A stretch of DNA of 51,330 nt from an uncultured Chromatiales bacterium. Its GTDB lineage: Bacteria; Pseudomonadota; Gammaproteobacteria; SZUA-140. The stretch covers positions 1 to 51,330 of the forward strand of contig CAZJKV010000003.1 in the NCBI GenBank assembly GCA_964546765.1. The letters are read 5' to 3'. The notes beneath the pieces are model-generated. The model did not search any database. It saw only the letters and a program-made list of their open reading frames with translations, and had not been told where the DNA came from. Shown here in pieces: positions 38,561-47,740 of the stretch. The first letter of the stretch is position 1. Every line of letters begins with the position of its first letter. The position numbers and the translations under genes are program-made.

Positions 38561-39130
38561 TCAGTCCTTCCTGCCGGCGCGGCGCAGCAGCAAGGCGATC
38601 TCGTTGTGGTCCTTGGACGATGCGGCCATGATCGGGGTCCAGCCCTGGTCGTTACGCGCGTTGACGTCCGCGCCGGCCGCGATCAGGGCCTCGACGACCT
38701 CGATATGGCCGCGCATCGCGGCCCAGTGCAGGGCCGAGGCCTGCCGGAAGTCGGTGCGGTTCGGATCTGCGCCACGCGCCAGCAACAGCCGGACGGCCTC
38801 GGTGTTGCCGTTGACCGAGGCACGCATCAGCGCGGTCCAGTTGCGTTCATCGACGGCGTCGATATCGGCCCCGTGATCGAGCAGCAGGGCGACCAGCTCG
38901 GTTTGGTTACCCCTGGCGGCGTGCATCAGTGCAGTCCAGCCGTAACTGTTGCGTTCGTCGACATCGACGCCGCCGGCAAGCGCCGTCCGGGCCTCGTCGA
39001 CATGACCGCGCATGACCGACTTCATGAATTCGGTGTTGTTGTCGCATGCCGCGAGCGCGAGCGCCAGCAGTGTCACGGCGAGCGCCGTCAGTATTTGTCG
39101 ATGCCAGGCCATGATGTTGAATGCTATCAT
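38561..39130 (-). CDS. Ankyrin-repeat lipoprotein
   Basis: Lipobox LAA|C and four or more ankyrin repeats (WTALMHAA, LLL..GAD.N). Confidence 0.9.
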   Translation of the reverse strand: MIAFNIMAWHRQILTALAVTLLALALAACDNNTEFMKSVMRGHVDEARTALAGGVDVDERNSYGWTALMHAARGNQTELVALLLDHGADIDAVDERNWTALMRASVNGNTEAVRLLLARGADPNRTDFRQASALHWAAMRGHIEVVEALIAAGADVNARNDQGWTPIMAASSKDHNEIALLLRRAGRKD

Positions 39131-39203
39131 GAAAATCTCCGGCGTGGGGGGAGGGCGATGCCCGCCGGTAGCGCCGCCGCGCCCGCGCCGCTATCATTAC
39201 GGG

Positions 39204-39527
39204 ATGAGCACGCCCATGAAGTTCTTCGTCTGCCCGAAGTGCGAGCAGCGCAGCATCACGGTCAAGGACAAGTACCTGTCCGGCCACTGGATCAACATCT
39301 ACTGCCCGGCCTGCGGCGCCCGCCTGTTCGCCGAGCCGATCCTGCTGGCCCTGGTGTACATGGGCTTCTTCTGGGCCGTGTCCTGGTTCGTGACCTGGGC
39401 GATGCTCGAGGACGACTGGGGCCTCGTCCTCTACCTGATCCCGTTCTGGCTGATCATCGACTTTCTCAGCCTCGCCTACGTGCCGCTCCGGGTGATGCGT
39501 CCCAAGGTCGCGGCGCCGAGGGAATAG
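39204..39527 (+). CDS. Small membrane protein with Zn-ribbon (CPKC...CPAC)
   Basis: Two CxxC motifs followed by two hydrophobic helices. High-GC3 codon usage. Confidence 0.7.
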   Translation: MSTPMKFFVCPKCEQRSITVKDKYLSGHWINIYCPACGARLFAEPILLALVYMGFFWAVSWFVTWAMLEDDWGLVLYLIPFWLIIDFLSLAYVPLRVMRPKVAAPRE

Positions 39528-39573
39528 TCCCGATGCGCCACCAGGCCGGGTGCGCGCGGGGCCGGCGCTGTCG

Positions 39574-39957
39574 ATGATCCGTATCCACGACAGAAAGGGC
39601 TTCATCGAACTGCTCAGCATCGACGCCGTCACGCTGGTCGGCGCGGACCTCGCACATGCCGAGTTGCCCGAGGCGAACCTCGTGCAGGTCGACCTGCGCG
39701 GTGCGGATCTCACCGATGCAGTCCTGACCCATGCCGACCTGCGGCTGGCTAACCTCGCCGGCGCCCGCCTGACCCGCGCCGACCTGACCGGCGCGGACCT
39801 GTCGGGGGCGGACCTCAGCGGCGCGGACCTGTCTGAAGCCCGGCTGGCGGAGACTAGGATGGACGGCGCGACGCTGACCGATGCGCGCCTGCCGGACGGT
39901 TACCCTGGGCCTTCTGCACTCGCGGGGATCAAGGTCAAGATAGAGACAAAGGGATAG
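39574..39957 (+). CDS. Pentapeptide-repeat protein
   Basis: Tandem A(D/N)LxG repeats. Confidence 0.8.
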   Translation: MIRIHDRKGFIELLSIDAVTLVGADLAHAELPEANLVQVDLRGADLTDAVLTHADLRLANLAGARLTRADLTGADLSGADLSGADLSEARLAETRMDGATLTDARLPDGYPGPSALAGIKVKIETKG

Positions 39958-40012
39958 ATAATTTTGAATATCATATGCTTCGCAGCCGTTCAGGCGGCGG
40001 GACACTGACGCG

Positions 40013-42202
40013 GTGGACGTCACCCGCATCCTCGACCCGCTGAACGACGCCCAGCGCGCGGCCGTTGCGATGCCGCCCGGACCGGCGCTGGTACTGGCCG
40101 GCGCCGGCAGCGGCAAGACCCGCGTGCTGGTACACCGCGTCGCGTGGCTGATTCGCGCCGAGGACGTGTCACCGTTCGGCATCCTCGCGGTGACCTTCAC
40201 TAACAAGGCCGCGGCCGAGATGCGCGGGCGCATCGAGACGATGCTCGGCATGCCGATCGGTGGGATGTGGGTCGGCACCTTTCACGGCCTCGCGCATCGA
40301 CTGTTGCGTGCGCACTGGCGTGACGTCAATCTGCCGCAGACCTTCCAGATCCTCGATTCGGAAGACCAGTACCGGCTGATCCGCCGCGTGCTGAAGGCGA
40401 TGAACCTCGACGAGGCGCAATGGCCGCCGAAGCAGGCGCAGTGGTTCATCAACGCGCGCAAGGACGAGGGTCTGCGACCGCGGCACATCGACGATCGCGG
40501 CGATCCTTACCTCGCGCAGATGCTGCGTATCTACCAGGCCTATGAAGAGGCTTGCCAGCGCGCCGGCGTCGTCGACTTCGCCGAGCTGCTGCTGCGCGCG
40601 CACGAGCTGTGGCGCGACCGCCCCGAGATCCTCGCGCATTACCGCCACCGTTTTCGCCATGTACTGGTCGACGAGTTCCAGGACACCAACGCGATCCAGT
40701 ACGCGTGGCTGCGCCTGTTGAGCGGCCAGGACATCCCGCTGTTCGTCGTCGGCGACGACGACCAGTCGATCTATGGCTGGCGCGGCGCGCGCATCGAGCA
40801 TATTCAGCGCTTCAGCCAGGACTACCCCGGCGCGCAGGTCGTGCGCCTCGAACAGAACTACCGCTCGACCGGCACGATCCTGAACGCCGCGAACGCGCTG
40901 ATCGACCACAACGCCGGCCGGCTCGGCAAGAAGCTGTGGACCGAAGGCGCGAAGGGCGACCTGATCCAGCGCTATGCCGCCTACAACGACCTCGAGGAGG
41001 CGCGCTTCATCGCCGAGCGCATCCAGCGCTGGGTCGACGACGGCCACCGGCGTTCCGAGGCCGCGGTTCTCTATCGCTCGAACGCGCAGTCGCGCGTCAT
41101 CGAGGAGGCGCTGATCCAGGCTGGCATACCTTATAGAGTGTACGGCGGCTTCCGCTTCTTCGAGCGCGCCGAGATCAAGGACGCGCTCGCCTATCTGCGC
41201 CTGGTCTCGAACCGATCCGATGACCCGTCGTTCGAGCGCGTCGTCAACACCCCGACCCGCGGCATCGGCGAACGCACGATAGACCTCGTGCGCCAGGCCG
41301 CGCGCGGCCGCGGGATCCCGATGTGGGAGGCCGCGCGCGAGATGTGCGCATCAAGCGGCCTCGCCGCGCGCTCGTCTTCCGCGTTGCGTGTATTTCTCGA
41401 CCTGATCGACGCGCTGGACGCCGAGATACGCGAGCTGCCTCTTTATGAGCAGGTCGATTGCGCGATACAGAAAAGCGGCCTGATCGCGCATTACCAGAAG
41501 GAAAAGGGCGAGCGCGGCGAGGCGCGCATCGAGAACCTCGAGGAACTCGTAAGCGCGGCCAGGCAGTTCGAGTACTCGCCGGACGGGATCGATCCCGATG
41601 AGGTACCGATGGAGCCGCTGGCGGCGTTCCTGTCGCACGCCGCGCTCGAGGCCGGCGACGCCCAGGCCGAGGAGAACACCGACTGCGTGCAACTAATGAC
41701 CCTGCACTCGGCAAAGGGACTCGAGTTCCCGCTGGTGTTCCTGGCCGGCATGGAGGAGGGCCTGTTCCCGCACGGCCGCTCGGTCGAGGAACCGGGACGG
41801 CTCGAGGAAGAGCGGCGCTTGTGCTACGTCGGCATCACCCGAGCGAAGAAACACCTGTATATCACCCACGCCGAGATGCGGCGACTGCACGGCTCCGAGA
41901 TGTTCCAGTCGCCGTCGCGCTTCATCGGCGAGATCCCCGAAGAACTCGTTGAAGAGGTAAGGGCGCGCACCAGCGTGTCACGGCCGGTGTATGCACCCCG
42001 CGTACAGCCGGCGCGAGCGCGGCCGATGGATGCAATGCCCGAAGGGCTGAAACTCGGCCAACGCGTCACCCACGCGAAGTTCGGTGAAGGGGTGATACTG
42101 AACTATGAGGGGCAGGGGAGTCATGCAAGGGTGCAGGTAAACTTCAAGGGGGCGGGGAGCAAGTGGCTGGTGGTGGCTTATGCGAATCTGGAGGCGATAT
42201 AG
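40013..42202 (+). CDS. uvrD: DNA helicase II
   Basis: AGAGSGKT, TFTNKAA, DEFQDTN, GDDDQSIYGWRG, TLHSAKGLEF, EEERRLCYVG and a C-terminal Tudor-like domain. Confidence 0.97.
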   Translation: MDVTRILDPLNDAQRAAVAMPPGPALVLAGAGSGKTRVLVHRVAWLIRAEDVSPFGILAVTFTNKAAAEMRGRIETMLGMPIGGMWVGTFHGLAHRLLRAHWRDVNLPQTFQILDSEDQYRLIRRVLKAMNLDEAQWPPKQAQWFINARKDEGLRPRHIDDRGDPYLAQMLRIYQAYEEACQRAGVVDFAELLLRAHELWRDRPEILAHYRHRFRHVLVDEFQDTNAIQYAWLRLLSGQDIPLFVVGDDDQSIYGWRGARIEHIQRFSQDYPGAQVVRLEQNYRSTGTILNAANALIDHNAGRLGKKLWTEGAKGDLIQRYAAYNDLEEARFIAERIQRWVDDGHRRSEAAVLYRSNAQSRVIEEALIQAGIPYRVYGGFRFFERAEIKDALAYLRLVSNRSDDPSFERVVNTPTRGIGERTIDLVRQAARGRGIPMWEAAREMCASSGLAARSSSALRVFLDLIDALDAEIRELPLYEQVDCAIQKSGLIAHYQKEKGERGEARIENLEELVSAARQFEYSPDGIDPDEVPMEPLAAFLSHAALEAGDAQAEENTDCVQLMTLHSAKGLEFPLVFLAGMEEGLFPHGRSVEEPGRLEEERRLCYVGITRAKKHLYITHAEMRRLHGSEMFQSPSRFIGEIPEELVEEVRARTSVSRPVYAPRVQPARARPMDAMPEGLKLGQRVTHAKFGEGVILNYEGQGSHARVQVNFKGAGSKWLVVAYANLEAI

Positions 42203-42278
42203 CCCTGGCTTCCGGTCGAAAAAAAGCCCCGGTCGTTACAGCATGACCAGGGCGGGGGCTGAAACTTCCTGTCGACTT

Positions 42279-42764
42279 CTACAAATTCAGTCTTTTTTCC
42301 CTGGCGGCAAACTTGTCCATGTCGGCATCACTGGGGGACAGCATCGGATTCTGTTCGACTTGCCACAGTTTATGCTTGGGCAGCGGCTCAGGATCTTCAT
42401 GGCAACCCTCCAGGCTATGCTGGTCATTGGGGTTACAATTCTCAGGCGCCGTGCCCATCGCGGCCTTGATCTGGTACGGTAGAGTTCCGCACTCGTTTCT
42501 GCCGTTGTCACTGCAGGATCTGATACCTAATAGTAAATATATGGGATCCATGCCCAGTATGCCCGTCAATGTCGGATAGACTGATGCCAGCATCAGCACA
42601 AGCACCGAGGGCTCAACAGCGGCAAATGAAGAGAATCCTTCGCCCATCATGACATACGCCGCTCCGCCTAGCAGCATTCCAAAACCGATCACTACCCGCA
42701 GAATCCTGTCTACCAATCCCAGGTTCTGATTCGCACGAGAAATGTCAAAAGTCCTGGTAACCAT
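42279..42764 (-). CDS. DUF2892 (YgaP-like) membrane protein with C-terminal extension
   Basis: NLGLVDRILRVVIG...LTGILGMDPIYLLLGIRSC. GAGG RBS. Confidence 0.8.
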   Translation of the reverse strand: MVTRTFDISRANQNLGLVDRILRVVIGFGMLLGGAAYVMMGEGFSSFAAVEPSVLVLMLASVYPTLTGILGMDPIYLLLGIRSCSDNGRNECGTLPYQIKAAMGTAPENCNPNDQHSLEGCHEDPEPLPKHKLWQVEQNPMLSPSDADMDKFAAREKRLNL

Positions 42765-42915
42765 ATTGAGTACCTCTTTGTGTACTACAAACTACGCATC
42801 TGGCGCAGACCTTGAATCAACATGGTCATTACATAATCAAAGTGCCGGGGGTTCAGTGCGGCGGACAACAGTAGAGTTAATCGATCGCATTCATCGGGCG
42901 AGCGGCCGTTGACCA

Positions 42916-42931
42916 TGTGCGTCTGCGTACA
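42916..42931. promoter_or_regulatory. CRP/FNR-like palindrome TGTGC-N6-GTACA (site A)
   Basis: TGTGCGTCTGCGTACA, 21 nt upstream of TAATCT (42953-42958). Confidence 0.55.
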
Positions 42932-43001
42932 GATCGTGCCCGGTTTTGTGATTAATCTTTGTATTTACTCAATTTGCACAGTCATCGCGAGGTCCAATGT
43001 C

Positions 43002-43079
43002 ATGATTAAGTATTTGATTGGATGGGTGGTGGGCATTCCCGTGGTTGTACTGGTAATCATTTTTCTCATTTTTCGATAA
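43002..43079 (+). CDS. Unannotated 25-aa single-TM peptide
   Basis: MIKYLIGWVVGIPVVVLVIIFLIFR*, with a GAGGT RBS and an upstream promoter. Below the ORF-track length cutoff. Confidence 0.65.
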   Translation: MIKYLIGWVVGIPVVVLVIIFLIFR

Positions 43080-43124
43080 CCGACGGGTGTCGTTTTATTT
43101 CGGCGGATAGACAGCCACAAGCTC

Positions 43125-43153
43125 AAAAAAAGCAGGGGCCGTAGGCCCCTGCT
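43125..43153 (-). terminator. Intrinsic terminator of the PRC-barrel gene
   Basis: A-run leading into AGCAGGGGCC-GTA-GGCCCCTGCT. Confidence 0.8.
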
Positions 43154-43177
43154 GCATGAACTACTTCCCGTACATTG

Positions 43178-43726
43178 TCAGTCGTTCTTGTACTCAACGG
43201 CGTCCTTCAATTCGCTGTCGCTCACATTCGCACGAATGTCGAAACCGTCGCCACTCTGGTTCAAGGTGCGTTCCAACCTCTGCCAGGGAAGTGCAACGTC
43301 CTTCTGACCCATACCCAGGAAACCACCGATTCCGACGACCACGGCCACGATCTGGCCATTTTCATCGATGATGAGGTCGCTGATCGAGCCGATATCCTTA
43401 TCGCCCGCACTATTCCTTACCTTGGTACCCACCAGATCGCTCGAGTGAAGCCAGTTGCTCGCCTTGCTCGACTTGAAGGCCTCGCCGACCGTGCCATGGC
43501 CTTTGCCCGGCATGCTCGACCGCTGGGTATCGGTGCTCGCACCCGGATCTCTGCCCGGCAAGTTCGACCGCTCGGTATCAGCGCCCGCTCCCGGCTGTCT
43601 GTCTGGCATGCTCGACCGCTGGGTGTCAGAGGCTGCGCCTGGTTCTGCCGCGGACAACGTCGCGACCCCGAATGTGAAAGCGGGAACCATCACCGCACAT
43701 GCGGCAAGTGTAGTAAATTTTTTCAT
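43178..43726 (-). CDS. Exported PRC-barrel domain protein
   Basis: Signal peptide and SDLVGTKV.N..G..IGSISDLIID..G....VVGIGGFLGMGQKDVALPW. AAGGAG RBS. Confidence 0.9.
   Translation of the reverse strand: MKKFTTLAACAVMVPAFTFGVATLSAAEPGAASDTQRSSMPDRQPGAGADTERSNLPGRDPGASTDTQRSSMPGKGHGTVGEAFKSSKASNWLHSSDLVGTKVRNSAGDKDIGSISDLIIDENGQIVAVVVGIGGFLGMGQKDVALPWQRLERTLNQSGDGFDIRANVSDSELKDAVEYKND
43499..43642 (-). repeat. Three tandem 48-bp (16-aa) coding repeats
   Basis: PGAASDTQRSSMPDRQ / PGAGADTERSNLPGRD / PGASTDTQRSSMPGKG. Confidence 0.85.
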
Positions 43727-43882
43727 ACGAATTCTCCTTTGGAACCCGACTGGCGGAATTGCCAGGCGGTCATCCTTCGTTGCGATCAGCCTGCCTGCTC
43801 GTACAATTCAGAACGACACGCTGACTACTTTGATGGAAACGTTGGATACCAGTACAAGTTACGCATGTGATCAGACAGGGTC

Positions 43883-43898
43883 TGTGCGGCGACGCACA
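43883..43898. promoter_or_regulatory. CRP/FNR-like palindrome TGTGC-N6-GCACA (site B)
   Basis: TGTGCGGCGACGCACA, 21 nt from minus-strand TAACTT (43861-43856) upstream of the PRC-barrel gene. Confidence 0.6.
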
Positions 43899-44355
43899 CG
43901 GTTTCGGCGCAAAACCCGCTCATGAACGAGAGATGTTACATAGTCACCCAGTTTCAAAAAAAAGTTTACGCATATTGCGTATACTACAAGTCTCGCAATA
44001 TCAAGATGAGCAGCTAGCTGTAACATCATGAGATTGCGTGGGAACTATGGCTATCAGAAAAGGTTGGAATTTATATGAAGATTTACACGTGTCGACGAGG
44101 ACGACGTGCGTCGTTTTCATGATCCTGAAGAATATCTGGATCACATCCTTGGCATCGATGCCGACACAGGATGCGCACGCGGATCTGGTCGATGGCCAGA
44201 TCGCTGGTGTTCACAGTGGTAGCGATACTTTGTCAAAAGTCTGTCGTTGTGTATGATGACGCATGGATGATGGCACTCATCCCAATAGCTTATCGTAATA
44301 TATTCATTTTGTAGAAGTTATTCCGGGCCGGTCCTCAAATTTCTCGGGGGGCAAG

Positions 44356-45408
44356 TTGGACCACTACCGCAAGGGCTTCGTAATTGTCGTCGTGGCCCTG
44401 CTGGCCATCGCCCTCTACTGGATGCTTTCACCCTTCCTGGGCGCGATCGTCTGGGGTATCGGCCTTGCCGTCCTGCTGGCGCCGGTACATGGCTGGCTGA
44501 CGCGCAAGCTGAAAGGACGCGCCAACCTGTCAGCGGGACTCATCACCGCACTGGTGCCCGTATTGCTCGCGGGTCCGCTGGTCAGCCTGGGGATGGCGTT
44601 CGCGAATCAGGTCGCGGAGCTGGTCACACTTCTGCAACAACAAGAGCTCCGCTTCGACGCCACGCTCTTCGCGCAACTGGAGCAGTACCGCTACATCGGC
44701 GCGCTTGCCGAATGGCTGCGCCAGAATGTCGCCGCAACGGCCGAACAACTTCAAACCTGGCTGGTGAGCGGGAGCCAGCTGCTGCTGCAGTCACTCGCTG
44801 CCACCGGCGGTAATTTCCTGCTCAGCGCCTTGAGGACGATCATTGATTTCTTCGTCATGTTGTTCCTGCTGTTCTTTCTTCTGCGCGACGGCCGCGAGTT
44901 ACTCTCCCGCGCGGTGCATCTGATGCCGATGGAAACCCCGCATTGTAATCAGTTGATAGAACTGATAGGCAGCTCGACCCGCGCCGTGGTCTACGGCACC
45001 GTCCTGACCGCTCTCATCCAGGGTGTGCTGCTGGGCATCGGCTTTGCCATCGCCGGCCTGCCCTCTGCCGTCGTGTTCGGGGTACTTGCGGGATTTCTTG
45101 CGCTGCTGCCCGTGACCGGTGTAGCCCTGGTGTGGGTTCCGGCAGTCTTATACCTGGCCTTCGATGCGCAATGGGGCTGGATGATTTTCATGTTGATCTG
45201 GGGCTCAGCCGTTTCGATCTCCGACAACCTGCTGCGACCGTTACTGGTATCAAATCAGTCGCAGGTATCGATAGTCGCCGTATTCATCGGCGTCATCGGC
45301 GGCGTTGCGGCCTTCGGCATCATCGGCATGATCATCGGGCCGGTACTGCTGACCTTCATCGCCGCGCTGCTGCGTTTCTTCGAAGCTACGATGTCGCGCC
45401 AGACCTGA
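44356..45408 (+). CDS. AI-2E family transporter
   Basis: PFLGAIVWG..LAVLLAP, FFLLRDG, DNLLRP and GMIIGP motifs. Confidence 0.9.
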   Translation: MDHYRKGFVIVVVALLAIALYWMLSPFLGAIVWGIGLAVLLAPVHGWLTRKLKGRANLSAGLITALVPVLLAGPLVSLGMAFANQVAELVTLLQQQELRFDATLFAQLEQYRYIGALAEWLRQNVAATAEQLQTWLVSGSQLLLQSLAATGGNFLLSALRTIIDFFVMLFLLFFLLRDGRELLSRAVHLMPMETPHCNQLIELIGSSTRAVVYGTVLTALIQGVLLGIGFAIAGLPSAVVFGVLAGFLALLPVTGVALVWVPAVLYLAFDAQWGWMIFMLIWGSAVSISDNLLRPLLVSNQSQVSIVAVFIGVIGGVAAFGIIGMIIGPVLLTFIAALLRFFEATMSRQT

Positions 45409-45436
45409 TACCGATTTCAGCCGGAGCGACGCTCTC

Positions 45437-46891
45437 ATGATGGTATCAATCGCTGCTTCCCCGATCGGACACTACGCGCCTGTCCGGCCAGGGACCTCAA
45501 TTTCTACGACAGCAGCCTGTATCGTATTGGTCATATGCTGTCTTACTGTAATTGCCGGGTGCGCAGCCCTTCCCGACAACGCGCATGAGCTGGGGCTTTC
45601 TCATAGTCAGGCGATTTCATTTGATGATGCGGGCGGGCCGGTCTCGGCGAGCGAGAGTTCAGGCGTCATGGAAGGGCTCAAGGACGACTCCGGCGATATC
45701 GGCATCCTGCAAAGACACCTGGCCATCGAACAGGCGATCAACGCCGACAGTCCACTGGTGCTGGGTAACAAGCTGGTCCTGTTGCAGGACGGACCCGCAA
45801 CCTACCAAGCCATGTTTGCGGCCATCCGTGAATCAGTGGATCACATCAATCTGGAAACCTACATCTTCGAAGACGACGACATCGGCAGGCAGTTCGCGGA
45901 TCTGCTGCTGGAAAGACAGGCGGCCGGCGTACAGGTAAACCTGATCTACGACAGCGTCGGCTGCCTGAATACCCCCAGGGAATTTTTCGAGCGCCTGAGC
46001 GCTGGCGGCATCCTCTTGCTCGAGTTCAATCCTGTCAACCCGTTGGTCGGAAATACCAAGGCATGGCGGATCAATAACCGCGATCACAGGAAGTTGCTGG
46101 TCGTCGACGGTCATATCGCTTTCATCGGCGGCATCAACATCAGCGAATCCTATTCAAGCGGCCCATTCTCCGGGTCGGCCGGCAAAAACGGTGTGAGCAC
46201 CTTAGGCTGGCGGGACACCCATCTCCAGATAGAAGGACCGGTGGTGGCGGAGTTCCAGAAGTTGTTCCTGGACACCTGGGAAAAACAAGGCGGGCTGACA
46301 CTGGCCGAGAAAGAATACTTCCCGGAACTCAAGGTACAGGGTGAGGAGATCGTGCGCGCCATCGGTAGCGCCTCTGACGAGCCCCACAGTCTGATCTATC
46401 TCACGTTGCTATCGGCAATCAATCATGCGGAACGGCGTGTCTATATCACGAATGCCTATTTCGTGCCCGATCCACAACTGCTCAAATCCCTGATCGATGC
46501 AGCGCAGCGTGGTGTCGATGTGAAGCTGATCTTGCCGAGTCATACCGATTCCTGGGCGGTATTCCATGCCGGACGTTCGCATTATTCCAGGCTGCTGCGA
46601 AACGGCGTCGAGATCTATGAACGTCGTGGCGCGGTGATGCACTCCAAGACCGCGGTTATCGATGGCGTCTGGTCGACTATCGGATCGACAAACCTCGACT
46701 GGCGCAGTTTCCTGCACAATGACGAACTCAATGCCGTGATCCTGGGTCGCGATTTTTCCAGGCAGATGGATGTCATGTTCACCGAAGATCTTGCAGAATC
46801 CAATGCCATCGTTCTCGGACAATGGAAGCGCCGCTCCCTGCTGTACCGGTTCAAGGAATGGACGGCTCGACTCGTGGAATACTGGCTTTAG
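45437..46891 (+). CDS. cls: Cardiolipin synthase (PLD family)
   Basis: Two HKD motifs (HRKLLVVD, HSKTAVID), GGINI, WRDTH and GSTNLD. Possible lipobox IAG|C. Confidence 0.9.
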   Translation: MMVSIAASPIGHYAPVRPGTSISTTAACIVLVICCLTVIAGCAALPDNAHELGLSHSQAISFDDAGGPVSASESSGVMEGLKDDSGDIGILQRHLAIEQAINADSPLVLGNKLVLLQDGPATYQAMFAAIRESVDHINLETYIFEDDDIGRQFADLLLERQAAGVQVNLIYDSVGCLNTPREFFERLSAGGILLLEFNPVNPLVGNTKAWRINNRDHRKLLVVDGHIAFIGGINISESYSSGPFSGSAGKNGVSTLGWRDTHLQIEGPVVAEFQKLFLDTWEKQGGLTLAEKEYFPELKVQGEEIVRAIGSASDEPHSLIYLTLLSAINHAERRVYITNAYFVPDPQLLKSLIDAAQRGVDVKLILPSHTDSWAVFHAGRSHYSRLLRNGVEIYERRGAVMHSKTAVIDGVWSTIGSTNLDWRSFLHNDELNAVILGRDFSRQMDVMFTEDLAESNAIVLGQWKRRSLLYRFKEWTARLVEYWL

Positions 46892-46903
46892 CCGCTCAAG
46901 TTC

Positions 46904-46919
46904 TGTGCGGTGTCGCACA
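46904..46919. promoter_or_regulatory. CRP/FNR-like palindrome TGTGC-N6-GCACA (site C)
   Basis: TGTGCGGTGTCGCACA, extendable to TCTGTGCG..CGCACAGA, upstream of the DUF883 operon. Confidence 0.6.
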
Positions 46920-46993
46920 GACGCATGTCGGCATTAGGTACATTTTGCAGTAAGCCTGTCAATCGATAGCCACTACAAACACGGAGAAATATC

Positions 46994-47278
46994 ATGTCCA
47001 GGGATGCTGGCAATCACGCCACAACCGATCGCGTCACCGAGCACGCCCACGAAACCATAGACCGTATCGCCGAGACTGCGGGAAAAGGCGAGGAGAAGAT
47101 TCGCCAAGGTGCCGCGGCCGCCGAGGCCCGGATTCGGGAAACCAGCCAGCATGCTCGTGAACGATCCGAAGATCTGATCGACGCCGTCACTGAATTCGTG
47201 CGCGACAATCCGAAGACCTCCATCGGCCTTGCCTTCGTAGCCGGAACACTGCTGTCCATTCTGATCCGCCGGCGCTGA
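46994..47278 (+). CDS. DUF883 (ElaB/YqjD/YgaM) family tail-anchored protein
   Basis: Helical N-terminus and C-terminal [34 protein letters not shown]. Confidence 0.85.
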   Translation: MSRDAGNHATTDRVTEHAHETIDRIAETAGKGEEKIRQGAAAAEARIRETSQHARERSEDLIDAVTEFVRDNPKTSIGLAFVAGTLLSILIRRR

Positions 47279-47293
47279 TCGGTAGCATCGACG

Positions 47294-47740
47294 TTGCCCG
47301 AATCGTCAGACCAGACGCAGGAACCACGTACCCGCGAGATCGTGGCGGGCGACTGCATGATCGTCTCCATGCAGGAGGTGATCCATTCACTGGGCGCAAT
47401 TGCAGGCGATGTCGTGCGCCTGATTGCAGTGGACGCCCGCCTGTGTGGCCGTACAGTGCTGGCGATGATCGGACTGACCGTCATCGCCGCACTACTGCTC
47501 GTCGGGGGCTGGCTTTTCATCGGCGTCGCAGCAGTACTGCTGCTCAACCAACTGGAGATGTTCAGCCCGGTGGGCGCGACCATGACCGTAGGCGCGGCAC
47601 ATATTGCCTTCGCCGCCCTGGCGGTGTGGCGGGTACGATTTATCGCCAGTGACCTCACATTCCGCCAGAGCCGGGCCACGCTGCGCAGCCTCATCCCCGG
47701 CAATATGACGACAGGCCCATGTTCGGACGCAAAAGACTGA
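47294..47740 (+). CDS. YqjE-like ('phage holin family') two-TM membrane protein
   Basis: Two TM helices and position after DUF883. Start uncertain. Confidence 0.6.
   Translation: MPESSDQTQEPRTREIVAGDCMIVSMQEVIHSLGAIAGDVVRLIAVDARLCGRTVLAMIGLTVIAALLLVGGWLFIGVAAVLLLNQLEMFSPVGATMTVGAAHIAFAALAVWRVRFIASDLTFRQSRATLRSLIPGNMTTGPCSDAKD

Noticed and set aside
39630-39890. Short periodic GGCGCGGACCT repeats, superficially array-like
   Set aside because: They are the 15-nt coding periodicity of the pentapeptide-repeat protein. There are no unique spacers or cas genes, so this is not CRISPR.
43960-43992. dif-like sequence (TTTACGCATATTGCGTATACTAC)
   Set aside because: No XerD arm (TTATGTTAAAT). It is only a short palindrome TACGCA-TAT-TGCGTA of unknown meaning.
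44038-44256. 72-aa ORF in the AT-rich gap before the AI-2E gene
   Set aside because: No recognisable motif, weak RBS and atypical codon usage.
47294-47740. 'Phage holin' family hit as evidence of a prophage
   Set aside because: The context is a yqjD/E/K-like stress operon, and there are no phage structural, lysis or integrase genes.
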